A stretch of DNA of 64,000 bases from Macrostomum hystrix (taxonomy: Eukaryota > Animalia > Platyhelminthes). Positions 34,368-46,700 of this stretch are shown here, one piece after another (position 1 is the first letter of the stretch; each line of letters opens with the position of its first letter). Both the position numbers and the translations under genes were made by a program. The notes under the pieces are model-generated. The model made no database searches and was not told where the DNA came from. It saw nothing but the letters and a program-made list of their open reading frames with translations. Location of the stretch: assembly GCA_950097015.1 (NCBI GenBank), contig CATNEN010000029.1:3968001-4032000 (forward strand). Direction: 5' to 3'.

Positions 34368-37300
34368 ATGGCCAGCCGCCCCAGCAGTGTTAGCAACGGC
34401 CGGCGGACGGCCCCTTCCAGCACTGCCGCCAGTGCCAACGCCAGCCGGGGCCGCCAGTCGCCCTCGCCGTCAAAGTCGACTGTACATACGGCGTCGCCAT
34501 CGATGAAGTCGCCAAGGCAGCCGTCTTCGCAGCGCGGCGGCTTCGGCGGCAGCTCCGTTGGCGGCCGTTCACCGGCGGGCTCGGTCAGCGGCAGGCGAGG
34601 CGGCTACGCCAAGTCCTACACCTCCTGGCGGGACGAGAGCATCGCCGGCGAGTCGGTCATCTCGCTCGGCTCCATCGATGAGACAGTCGAATTCGCCATA
34701 CCGGAAGAACTAGTCAGAAGCATCGGCATGGACTGCTACACCGTCGAGGAGAAGGCGCAGCTGGACAACCTGCTGCAGCGGCTGCTGCTGGCCAGACGGC
34801 AGGATGAGCGGCGAAGAGAGTTGAGTGACAACACCCGCCATCTCCTAACTGGTTGACCCCAACCTGTTATCTGTCCAATCCCAACCTGTTGTCTGTCCAA
34901 CCCCAACCTGTTATCTGTCCAATCCCAACCTGTTGTCTGTCCAATCCCAACCTGTTGTCTGTCCAATCCCAACCTGTTATCTGTCCAATCCCAACCTGTT
35001 GTCTGTCCAATCCCAACCTGTTATCTGTCCAATCCCAACCTGTTGTCTGTCCAATCCCAACCTGTTGTCTGTCCAATCCCAACCTGTTATCTGTCCAATC
35101 CCAACCTGTTGTCTGTCCAATCCCAACCTGTTGTCTGTCCAATCCCAACCTGTTATCTGTCCAATCCCAACCTGTTATCTGTCCAATCCCAACCTGTTAT
35201 CTGTCCAATCCCAACCTGTTATCTGTCCAATCCCAACCTGTTATCTGTCCACTCCCAACCTGTTGTCTGTCCAATCCCAACCTGTTGTCTGTCCAATCCC
35301 AACCTGTTATCTGTCCAATCCCAACCTGTTATCTGTCCAATCCCAACCTGTTGTCTGTCCAATCCCAACCTGTTGTCTGTCCAATCCCAACCTGTTATCT
35401 GTCCAATCCCAACCTGTTGTCTGTCCAATCCCAACCTGTTGTCTGTCCAATCCCAACCTGTTATCTGTCCAATCCCAACCTGTTATCTGTCCAATCCCAA
35501 CCTGTTATCTGTCCAATCCCAACCTGTTATCTGTCCAATCCCAACCTGTTATCTGTCCACTCCCAACCTGTTGTCTGTCCAATCCCAACCTGTTATCTGT
35601 CCAATCCCAACCTGTTGTCTGTCCAATCCCAACCTGTTATCTGTCCAATCCCAACCTGTTGTCTGTCCAATCCCAACCTGTTGTCTGTCCAATCCCAACC
35701 TGTTATCTGTCCAATCCCAACCTGTTGTCTGTCCAATCCCAACCTGTTGTCTGTCCAATCCCAACCTGTTATCTGTCCAATCCCAACCTGTTATCTGTCC
35801 AATCCCAACCTGTTATCTGTCCAATCCCAACCTGTTATCTGTCCAATCCCAACCTGTTATCTGTCCACTCCCAACCTGTTGTCTGTCCAATCCCAACCTG
35901 TTGTCTGTCCAATCCCAACCTGTTATCTGTCCAATCCCAACCTGTTATCTGTCCAATCCCAACCTGTTGTCTGTCCAATCCCAACCTGTTGTCTGTCCAA
36001 TCCCAACCTGTTATCTGTCCAATCCCAACCTGTTGTCTGTCCAATCCCAACCTGTTGTCTGTCCAATCCCAACCTGTTATCTGTCCAATCCCAACCTGTT
36101 ATCTGTCCAATCCCAACCTGTTATCTGTCCAATCCCAACCTGTTATCTGTCCAATCCCAACCTGTTATCTGTCCACTCCCAACCTGTTGTCTGTCCAATC
36201 CCAACCTGTTGTCTGTCCAATCCCAACCTGTTGTCTGTCCAATCCCAACCTGTTATCTGTCCAATCCCAACCTGTTGTCTGTCCAATCCCAACCTGTTGT
36301 CTGTCCAATCCCAACCTGTTATCTGTCCAATCCCAACCTGTTATCTGTCCAATCCCAACCTGTTATCTGTCCAATCCCAACCTGTTATCTGTCCAATCCC
36401 AACCTGTTATCTGTCCACTCCCAACCTGTTGTCTGTCCAATCCCAACCTGTTGTCTGTCCAATCCCAACCTGTTGTCTGTCCAATCCCAACCTGTTGTCT
36501 GTCCAATCCCAACCTGTTATCTGTCCAATCCCAAGTAAATATCCCGTGCTGTTACGCAGGAAGCTACGCCGCGAGCTGCACCGCACAATGGCCCAGGTGA
36601 GCAAGGTGCAAAGTCGCGGTGAACAGCCAGGCCTACTGTACAGCCTGTGCGAGCTGTGCGGCGCCAAGCTTTACCTGGTGCACCGGCGGTACGTGTGCAA
36701 CCGCTGCGCCTACCTGGCCTGCCGCTCCTGCGTCTACCTGGTCCGCGGCGCCGAGCCGCAGTGCCGCCTGTGCCGTCTCGAAGTCCTGAACTCTGCCAAG
36801 AGCGGCGACTGGTTCACGGAGGAGGCCCGACAGAGGGCCGGCGAACAGGCGATGCTGACTGGCCCGGACATCCTGCTGGCCACCCTCAGCAGGGAGCGGC
36901 AGCGGCGTGAGTTCGCTCGCTTGTTTAGCGAATAAGGAAATTTGTGAATGGGGATTTTTTATCCCAAATTAGAATTTCCCTGAGTCAGGATTTTTTATCC
37001 CAAATTAGAATTGCCCTAAGTCTGGATTTTTTATGTAAATTTAGATTTCATTAGAAAATGTTTGCGATCTTTTGTGAATGGAGTTTTGCATTTAAATTAG
37101 GATTTTCTAATAGAATTTGGATTTATGTTGATGAGATTTGTGGCTTAATTTGGATTTCTGTGAAACGGTATTTCTGTACGTTAGGATTTCTGTAAATAGG
37201 GATTCCTTTAAAGTGGGATTTCTGTACTTCGGGATTTGTACTTTAATTGGGATTTCTGTGAATCGTGATTTGTACTTTAATTGGGATTTCTGTGAATCAT

Positions 37301-39784
37301 GAATTGTACTTTAATTGGGATTTCTGTGAATCATGAATTGTACTTTAATTTGGATTTCTGTGAATCATGATTTGTACTTTAATTGGGATTTCTGTGAATC
37401 ATGAATTGTACTTTAATTTGGATTTCTGTGAATCATGATTTGTACTTTAATTTGAATTTCTGTGAATCGTGATTTGTACTTTAATTGGGATTTATATGAA
37501 TAGGGTTTCCATTAAATTGGGATTTCTGTACGTTAGGATTTTAGTATATAGGCGTTCCTGTAAATTGGTATTTCTGTTAATTGGGAGTTTTTGCTAATTT
37601 AGGATTTCTATGAATCATGATTAGTACTTTAATTGGGATTTCTGTGAATAATGATTTGTACTTTAATTGGGATTTCAGTGAATAATGATTTGTACTTTAA
37701 TTGGGATTTCTGTGAATCATGATTTGTACTTTAATTGGGATTTCTGTGAATCATGATTTGTACTTTAATTGGGATTTCTGTAAATCATGATTTGTACTTT
37801 AATTAAATTTCTGTGAATCGTGATTTGAACTTTAATTGGGATTTATATAAAAAGGGGTTTCCATTAAATTGGGATTTTTGTGAATTAGGATTTCTGTACG
37901 TTAGGATTTTAGTATATAGGCGTTCCTGTAAATTGGTATTTCTGTTAATTGGGATTTTTTGCTAATATATGATTTCTATGAATCATGATTTGTACTTTAA
38001 TTGGGATTTCTGTGAATCGTGATTTGAACTTTAATTGGGATTTCTGTGAATCATGAATTGTACCTTAATTGGGATTTCTGTGAATCATGATTTGTACTTT
38101 AATTGGGATTTCTGTGAATCAGGATTTGTACTTTAATTGGGATTTCTGTGAATCATGAATTGCACTTTAATTGGGATTTCTGTGAATCATGATTTGTACT
38201 TTAATTGGGATTTCTGTGAATCAGGATTTGTACTTTAATTGGGATTTCTGTGAATCATGAATTGCACTTTAATTGGGATTTCTGTGAATCATGAATTGCA
38301 CTTTAATTGGGATTTCTGTGAATCATGAATTGCACTTTAATTGGGATTTCTGTGAATCATGAATTGCACTTTAATTGGGATTTCTGTGAATCATGAATTG
38401 TACTTTAATTGGGATTTCTGTGAATCATGAATTGCACTTTAATTGGGATTTCTGTGAATCACGAATTGTACTTTAATTGGGATTTCTGTGAATCATGATT
38501 TGTACTTTAATTGGGATTTCTGTGAATCATGATTTGTACTTTAATTAACATTTCTGTGAATCGTGAATTGGGATTTATATAAATAGGGTTTCCATTAAAT
38601 TGGGATTTCTGTGAATAATGATTAGTACTTTAATTGGAATTTCTGTGAATCATGATTTGTAGCTGAACTGAGATGTACGTTGATGGGAAATCACAGAAGA
38701 ATTGGGATTTATGTTAATTAGGATTTGTAACTGAATTGTGATGTGTCTAAAAATCTAGATTTGTTATTGAATTCGGAATTCTGTGATTGGGATTCTTCGT
38801 GAATTGCTGATTGGGTTATTTGTGGACTGGGATTACTAAGTGAAAATTGTGCTTCTCATTGTTGATATTTCTACGTAAATAATATTTTATTGCATACGCC
38901 ATTATTTTTGCTTGATTGAAACTGAAAAGCACCGACTCTAGCAATAAAAAATATATTTAAAGTGCATCAGTAAAGATACCGATTTTCCTGGCACATATAC
39001 TCATACAACACACAACACTACATGCTAGCTTTAACAAGGCGAGATAAATCCCATAATTTTCTGGGCCAATGGAACGATTTGAGAGCCAGTTAAATTGTTG
39101 AAGCAATTATTTTTCTATCTGGCAGAGTGGATGTAAACTGGCTTTCCAGTTTTGCGTGTAGCTTCTATGCAGGCTGCATGTAGCTGAGGCTTAAAACGGC
39201 TGCTCGAGGCACATGATTGCCTGCTTTGAGTCATTTCCCTTTTGCCACTGCTCAGTTGTTTGAGTCCCGCGAGACACTGGCGAGTCTGAAACAGTTTTAG
39301 CTGCTCCCGAAACAGTGAATCTACTTTAGCTGCTTAATCACGAATCTGTAAACCCAGAGCACCCAGCCTGACAGTAAGTCTGTAAACCAGGAGCACCCAG
39401 CCTGACAGTCAGTCTGTAAACCCCGAGCACCCGGCCTGACAGTCAGTCTGTAAACCCAGAGCACCCGGCCTGACAGTCAGTCTGTAAACCCCGAGCACCC
39501 GGCCTGACAGTCAGTCTGTAAACCCGGAGCACCCAGCCTGACAGTCCAATTACCGACTCGCTGACATCCCGCAGTTGTCGAGCAGGAGCGCCAGCGCCGT
39601 GAGCAGAAGAAGGCGGAGCAGGAGGAGCAGCAGCGGCAGTTAGCGGCAGCTGAGCAGCAGCGGCCGGACAAGAAGGGCCGAAAAGAGCACAAGGGCGATA
39701 AAAAGGCAGCCGCAGCCGCAGCCGCAGCCGCAGCCGCAGCCGGCGCTGGTGCATCAACAAGCGGAAGCCGCAGGGAATCTGATC

Positions 39785-39816
<32 letters not shown>

Positions 39817-42800
39817 ACAGTCTCAATCAGGGTGCAAGGTCCCGACTACGACGGTGATATCCATGTAAGAAAGTTAAAATGCCCGTAGTTATTTCTTTGA
39901 CCTGCCTGTAGATCTGTCATAGAATGCCTGTAGATCTATCATCGGAATGTCTACCGATCTATCATCTAAATGTCTGTAGATCTATTATCGAAATGCCTGT
40001 AGATATATCATCTAAATGCCTGTAGATCTATCATCTAAATGTCTGTAGATCTATCATCTAAATGCCTGTAGATCTATCATCTAAATGCCTGTAGATCTAT
40101 CATATAAATGCCTGTAGATCTATCATCTAAATGCCTGTAGATCTATCATCTAAATGCATGTAGATCTATCATCATGCCTGTAGATCTATCATCTAAATGC
40201 CTGTAGATCTATCACCTAAATGAATGTAGATCTATCATCTAAATGCCTGTAGATCTATCATCTAAATGCCTGTAGATCTATCATCTAAATGCATGTAGAT
40301 CTATCATCTAAATGCCTGTAGATCTATCACCTAAATGAATGTAGATCTATCATCTAAATGCCTGTAGATCTATCATCTAAATGCCTGTAGATCTATCATC
40401 TAAATGCCTGTAGATCTATCATTTAAATGCATGTAGATCTATCATCATACCTGTAGATCTATCATCTAAATGCCTGTAGATCTATCACCTAAATGAATGT
40501 AGATCTATCATCTAAATGCCTGTAGATCTATCATCTAAATGCCTGTAGATCTATCATCATGCCCGTAGATCTATCATCTAAATGCCTGTAGATCTATCAC
40601 CTAAATGAATGTAGATCTATCATCTAAATGCCTGTAGATCTATCATCATGCCCGTAGATCTATCATCTAAATGCCTGTAGATCTATCACCTAAATGAATG
40701 TAGATCTATCATCTAAATGCCTGTAGATCTATCATCTAAATGCCTGTAGAACTATCATCTAAATGCCTGTAGATCTATCATCTAAATGCCTGTAGATCAA
40801 TGGTAGGCCAAACATTGCTGATCTATCATTCTCTGAAGATCTATCACAGCAAGCCCTGTATCAACCTTATTTCTTTCTCTACATTGCCTCAGCCGGATGA
40901 CTCAGTGTCAGTAATCGGCGATCGAAATCTGGACGAGCCCGACGGCGACATCCTCATCGAACAGGCCCTGCAGGGACGCGGGTTCAGGCAGGGCTCGCAG
41001 GGCTCGCTGCATTCGGAGCAGCAGCAGCAGCAGCTGCAGTACCACAGACACAGCAATCTCATGTCAACGGACACGGTGAGTTCGGTTCTGAAGTTCGGTG
41101 TAAATATTTCAAAGAAAGCTCGTAGATTGAAAAATGACATAACCGTTTAAAACAAAAAGTTGTTTATACACATACATCGATGAAGCTATGAATACAGAAA
41201 CTAATATGAAAAGATCAGCCTTTTATCCGCCACCAATCAAAAGCAGTCATTCAATTTGTTCAGTATTAAAATGCGAAATTTTCCTATTCTCTGTAGTGTA
41301 CCTTTTCGGCGAAACCAGCATTTCGATATTTCTCCTAGTAACGAAGTTTCCCGTCTACATGGGAGAGTTAAGACATGGGAGAGATGAGACAGGGGAGAGA
41401 TGAGACAGGGGAGAGATGAGACAGGGTAGAGATGAAACAGAGGAGAGATGAGACAGGGGAGAGAGGAGCCATATAGATGAGACAGGGGAGAGATGAGACA
41501 CGGGAGAGATGAGACACGGGAGAGATGAGACATGGGAGAGACGAGACATGGGAGAGATGAGACAGGGGAGAGATGAGACAGGGGAGAGATGAGACAGGGT
41601 AGAGATGAAACAGAGGAGAGATGAGACAGGGGAGAGAGGAGCCATATAGATGAGACAGGGGAGAGATGAGACACGGGAGAGATGAGACACGGGAGAGATG
41701 AGACATGGGAGAGATGAGACACGGGAGAGATGAGACATGGGAGAGATGAGACATGGGAGAGATGAGACACGGGAGAGATGAGTCACGGGAGAGATAAGAC
41801 ACGGTAGAGATGAGACACGGGAGAGATGAGACACGGGAGAGATGAGACACGGGAGAGATGAGACACGGGAGAGATGAGACACGGGAGAGATGAGACACGG
41901 GAGAGATGAGACACGGGAGAGATGAGACAGGGGAGAGATGAGACACGGGAGAGATGAGACACGGGAGAGATGAGACAGGGGAGAGATGAGACAGGAGAGA
42001 TGAGACGAAGCCGAAGCAGAAGCAGCTGATGTTACGAGCGTATTAATTTTAACAATTCTGTGACAACATTTATGACTAAAAATCCCAATCTTTGATAACA
42101 CAAAAGCCGAATTCGGCCAGCGGAAACGACTCAAGTTTGTCCTTAACCGATGTCTACAATACGGCTACGGCTCTGCAGCAGTTTCTCATTGGCTACACCC
42201 AACGCAGGGCTTCGGCCTCTTGTCCTGACTTGACCTCGGTGGCGAACACCCCAACGCCAGCCGCGTCAGACGACCTCCTGGCCGCACCGAAGCTGCCAAC
42301 GGATCTGGCAGAGCCGGAGAGGCGACTCTCCGGCGCCCGGCGCTTGTCCAACGCCATTCTTAGCCATCTCCGACCGCCGTTGCCGCCAGCAAGCGATGAT
42401 GACGGCGGCGGCGGCGATGACCCCAGCAAGAGAAGGCGCCGGTCTAGCGCTGGCAATCTGCCAACAAAATCTACAAAGATTTCAGCCTCATTGAGTTCAG
42501 CTGCTGGCAGCGGCGGGCATTTCCTAGCTATGCCAGCATTCTTGCGTGTCGGTTCACAGCTTCGGTGGTCGCTATTTTAAAATTCCCCTCTAATGCAAAT
42601 TTTGGCATTTTAATCCGTTCTGTTTCTTTAACTGTTTCAATATTCTAATTTTAAAGCGACTTTTTGATACTGAACTTTAAAACTTTCATTCGAGCAAATC
42701 TGATTTGATAAACGGGATTTTTGTAATGAAGTAAACGGTAGAAGAGACGGTAGACGCTATGGAGTGAGGAGGCTGTCTAAAGGAGGGGGTAGAGGCTATG

Positions 42801-45800
42801 GAGTGAGGTGGCTGTCTATGGAGGGAGTAGAGGCTAAGGTGTAAGGTGGCTGTCCAAAGGAGTGGTTAGGGCTACGAGGTGGCTGTCTGGAGGAGGGCGT
42901 ATGGGCTATGGAGTGAGGTGGCTGTCTAAAGGAGGGGGTAGAGGCTATGGAGTGAGGTGGCTGTCTAAAGGAGGGGGTAGAGGCTATGGAGTGAGGTGGC
43001 TGTCCAAAGGAGTGGTTAGGGCTACTAGGTGGCTGTCTGGAGGAGGGCGTATGGGCTATGGAGTGAGGTGGCTGTCTAAAGGAGGGGGTAGAGGCTATGG
43101 AGTGAGGTGGCTGTCTAAAGGAGGGGGTAGAGGCTATGGAGTGAGGTGGCTGTCTATGGAGAGAGTAGAGGCTAAGGTGTAAGGTGGCTGTCCAAAGGAG
43201 TGGTTAGGGCTACGAGGTGGCTGTCAGGAGGAGGGCGTATGGGCTATGGAGTGAGGTGGCTGTCTGGAGGAGGGCGTATGGGCTATGGAGTGAGGTGGCT
43301 GTCTGGAGGAGGGCGTATGGGCTATGGAGTGAGGTGGCTGTGTAAGCAGAGTACGAGTATAAAGGCTAGGGCGTCAGTTGTTGTGTTTCAATTAGAGGTA
43401 GGAGTGTAGATTTGAAGCCATTGGTCTATCTACCCGTCTAAGTAAGAGAATGAAAAGTGAATTCTACTAGCCAATAACTTGTCGTTTAAAGCCCAACAGC
43501 TGACATAAGCAACTTATAAATTGCGCTAAATTTAAGCCAGTCCGTTTGTCTCTCCCAATTTTTCACAGACCAGCCGGGAGTCCCTGGCCAGCAACGTGAG
43601 CGAAACGGAGGCCTCCTACGTGCACGGCCTAGTGCCAAGCGGCGAAGTGGAGGTGAACCTGCAGTACAACTACAAAGAGCGCCGCTTCACCGTCAACGTG
43701 GTGCAGTGCCGCAATTTGAACGCACTGGACGGCAATCCGCCGAATCCCTATGTGAAGACCTACCTGCTGCCAGACAAGACCAAGCGGTCCAAGAGGCGCA
43801 CGCAGACACGAAGGGCTACGGCCAACCCCATCTACAGCGAGCAGCTGGTCTATGACATTGTCAAGAGCGAGCTGGAGACCAGGACTCTGCAGGTATTTGG
43901 GATGGTTGCTATTGGCTCAGCAAAGTCACGTGATTATAGGCTAATAAACCTTCCGCAAACTCCTTCTCCCAAGGTGTCGGTGTGGCACAGCCTGACCTTC
44001 GGCTCGAACGTGTTCCTAGGCGAATGCCGCCTAGCAATGGAGAACTACCGCTTCGACGCCGGGCCGGAGGTATTGAAGCTGGGCCGTCGGGTTGAAATCC
44101 CCGTGCCGCTGCCCACCCTGATGTACCGCGGCGACATCATGCTGGCTCTGCGCTACGTCAGCGGCGAGCTCATCCGATCCAACCAGCTCGCCAGGGACGA
44201 TACGGGCAGGCCGGATGGACGCTCGCCTGCCGCAGGCCGTCTGGAAGTCTGGGTGCAGAATTGCCGCAACTTGGCCGGCTCCGGCAGCGGAGCTTCGCCC
44301 TACGTCAAGGGGTGAGCGGGGTGGGCCAGCTGGACCTATTCAAAGGTGAACTGGACCTATTCAAAGGTGAACTGGACCTATTCAAAGGTGAACTGGACCT
44401 ATTCAAATGTGAACTGGACCTATTCAAAGGTGAACTGGACCTATTCAAAGGTGAACTGGACCTATTCAAATGTGAACTGGACCTATTCAAAGGTGAACTG
44501 GACCTATTCAAAGGTGAACTGGACCTATTCAAATGTGAACTGGACCTATTCAAAGGTCTACTGGACCTATTCAAAGGTGAACTGGACCTATTCAAGGGTG
44601 AACTGGACCTATTCAAAGGTCTACTGGACCTATTCAAAGGTGAACTGGACCTATTCAAAGGTCTACTGGACCTATTCAAAGGTCTACTGGACCTATTCAA
44701 GGGGGAACTAGACCTATTCAAAGGTGAACTGGACCTATTCAAAGGTCAACTGGGCGCATTCAAAAGTCAACTGGACGCATTCGAATGCTATATAAAATCT
44801 TTTTATTTCAACAACATGAGACTAACGCAAATGGTTCAGTACATTGTTTATTACGATCCCCGCAGCTATCTGATCAACCCTGAGAACGTTGGCCGCGGCA
44901 GCCGGGGCGGCAAGGACTCGCGCAACAAGCAAAAATCCGCCATCGTTAAGGGAGACATGAATCCCAACTTTAATTCCATCCTGGCGTTCGACAATGTCCT
45001 GCTGGGCGAACTGAAGGACCGATCATTGGAGCTGACAGTTTGGGACTATGTCAAACTTGGCAGGAATGACTTCTTGGGTGGAGTCCGGCTGAATGTTGGT
45101 GGTGAGGCTGCGAGTTCTAATGACCTGTTCCTGATTCCCGAGCCACAGTTCTGTGACTTAAGAGTGACAGATTTGTGACTTCTGATTGAAAGCTACGTCA
45201 TTTCCGAGTGACATTCTGTGATTTCCGAGTGACATTTCTGTGATTTCCGAGTGACAGGTCTGTGATTTACAAGTGACAATTCTGTGATTTCCGAGTGACA
45301 GGTCTGTGATTTACAAGTGACATTTCTGTGATTTACAAGTGACAGGTCTGTGATTTACAAGTGACATTTCTGTGATTTCCGAGTGACAGGTCTGTGATTT
45401 ACAAGTGACAGGTCTGTGATTTACAAGTGACATTTCTGTGATTTCCGAGTGACAGGTCTGTGATTTACAAGTGACAGGTCTGTGATTTCCGAGTGACAGT
45501 TCTGTGATTTCTAAGTGACAGTTCTGTGATTTCCGAGTGACAGGTCTGTGATTTTCGAGTGACATTTCTGTGATTTCCGAGTGACAGGTCTGTGATTTCT
45601 AAGTGACAATTCTGTGATTTCCGAGTGACAGGTCTGTGATTTCTAAGTGACAATTCTGTGATTTCCGAGTGACAGGTCTGTGATTTCTAAGTGACAATTC
45701 TGTGATTTCCGAGTGACAGGTCTGTGATTTCCGAGTGACAGGTCTGTGATTTACAAGTGACATTTCTGTGATTTCCGAGTGACATTTCTGTGATTTCACA

Positions 45801-46064
45801 GTGACAGTTCTGTGATTTCCGAGTAAAATTCGGAGTCAAGTCTTTCATGACAAACCGCTTAGCAACGACTGCCGACCCTCCCATTTGATCCTAAATTCAG
45901 ACGGCCGGTTTCCTTGCATGGACGCTCGCGGTCACGAGATGCTAATGTGGGCCCGAATGCTTGAGAAGCCAAACGATTGGGTGGAGGGCAGCCTACTGCT
46001 CAGGCCCAGCATGGACTACAGGATGGACCTTCCACACCGGACTGACTCGGCTGCCGACCACTGA
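34368..46064 (+). CDS. SYTL4: Synaptotagmin-like protein (Slp4/Slp5/bitesize-like Rab27 effector): SHD with FYVE-like zinc finger and tandem C2A/C2B; 9 exons, ~924 aa
   Basis: Exons 34368-34819, 36560-36906, 39575-39864, 40893-41075, 42107-42547, 43569-43892, 43974-44311, 44866-45101, 45901-46064 join in frame (2775 nt). Motifs: TVEEKAQL..LLQR; CELC..CNRC..CRSC..CRLC; SGDWF; C2A (NPYVKTYLLPDKTKRSKRRT); C2B (WDYVKLGRNDFLGGVRL); C-terminal WARMLEKPNDWVEGSLLLR. The exon 1 donor (GTTGAG) and exon 5 borders (AAG, GTCGGT) are weak and less certain. SYTL4 versus SYTL5 orthology is not resolved. Confidence 0.88.
34857..36533. repeat. Minisatellite, 22-bp unit CCCAACCTGTT(A/G)TCTGTCCAAT, ~76 copies, filling Slp intron 1
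   Basis: Direct reading; explains the three overlapping 555-630 aa repetitive ORFs. Confidence 0.97.
37140..38660. repeat. AT-rich minisatellite, 34-bp unit AATTGGGATTTCTGTGAATCATGATTTGTACTTT, with degenerate flanks, in Slp intron 2
   Basis: Direct reading; includes a duplicated degenerate block of about 100 bp (near 37500 and 37855). Confidence 0.93.
39346..39546. repeat. Tandem repeat, 34-bp unit CCTGACAGTCAGTCTGTAAACCCCGAGCACCCGG, ~6 copies, ending ~30 nt before the exon 3 acceptor
   Basis: Direct reading. Confidence 0.92.
39900..40798. repeat. Minisatellite, 23-bp unit TGCCTGTAGATCTATCATCTAAA, ~39 copies, filling Slp intron 3
   Basis: Direct reading; each unit contains the palindrome TAGATCTA. 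Confidence 0.96.
41357..42006. repeat. Minisatellite, 16-bp unit GAGACACGGGAGAGAT, ~40 copies, in Slp intron 4
   Basis: Direct reading; purine-rich on the + strand. Confidence 0.94.
42755..43341. repeat. Minisatellite, ~39-bp unit GGCTATGGAGTGAGGTGGCTGTCTAAAGGAGGGGGTAGA, in Slp intron 5
   Basis: Direct reading; 13-aa periodicity of ORF 42862..43182. Confidence 0.92.
44331..44775. repeat. Minisatellite, 21-bp unit TGGACCTATTCAAAGGTGAAC, ~21 copies, in Slp intron 7
   Basis: Direct reading; starts ~19 nt after the donor GTGAGC (44312) and explains the ELDLFKG repeats. Confidence 0.95.
45150..45825. repeat. Minisatellite, 22-bp unit GAGTGACAGGTCTGTGATTTCC, ~29 copies, in Slp intron 8
   Basis: Direct reading. 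Confidence 0.94.
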
Positions 46065-46067
46065 GTC

Positions 46068-46700
46068 CCAGTCTGACAGTTGTGTGACTACAGTCTAACA
46101 GGTGTGTGACTACAGTCTGACAGGTGTGTGACTGCAGTCTTAAAGGTGTGTGACTACAGTCTGAAAGGTGTGTGACTACAGTCTGAAAGGTGTGTGACTA
46201 CAGTCTGAAAGGTGTGTGACTTCAGTCTGACAGGTGTGTGACTGCAGTCTTAAAGGTTTGTGACTGCAGTCTTAAAGGTGTGTGACTACAGTCTGAAAGG
46301 TGTGTGACTTCAGTCTGACAGGTGTGTGACTACAGTCTGAAAGGTGTGTGACTTCAGTCTGACAGGTGTGTGACTACAGTCTGACAGGTGTGTGACTTCA
46401 GTCTGACAGGTGTGTGACGACAGTCTGACAGGTGTGTGACTTCAGTCTAACAGGTGTGTGACTACAGTCTGACAGGTGTGTGACTAATGTCTGAGAGGTG
46501 TGTGACTACAGTCTGACAGGTGTGTGACTGCAGTCTGACAGGTGTGTGACTACAGTCTGACAGGTGTGTGACTAATGTCTAGCAGGTGTGTGACTACAGT
46601 CTGACAGGTGTGTGACTGCAGTCTTAAAGGTGTGTGACTGCAGTCTGACAGGTGTGTGACTGCAGTCTGACAGGTGTGTGACTACAGTCTGGCAGATGTC
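46068..46700. repeat. Minisatellite, 22-bp unit CAGTCTGACAGGTGTGTGACTA, ~29 copies, starting just after the Slp stop codon
   Basis: Direct reading. Confidence 0.95.

Noticed and set aside
36597-36643. Extra mini-intron at CAG|GTGAGC in Slp exon 2
   Set aside because: Removal to the nearest plausible AG (47 nt) shifts the frame; read-through gives the expected SHD-to-zinc-finger spacing.
34853-36935. Three overlapping 555-630 aa Cys-rich ORFs
   Set aside because: A 22-bp stop-free unit cycles through all frames. Only the unique ends belong to Slp exons, and these join in frame by GT-AG splicing.
44261-45178. 305-aa ORF with ELDLFKG heptads (coiled-coil-like)
   Set aside because: The repeat lies within intron 7; splicing 44311 to 44866 restores the C2B motif PYVKGYL.
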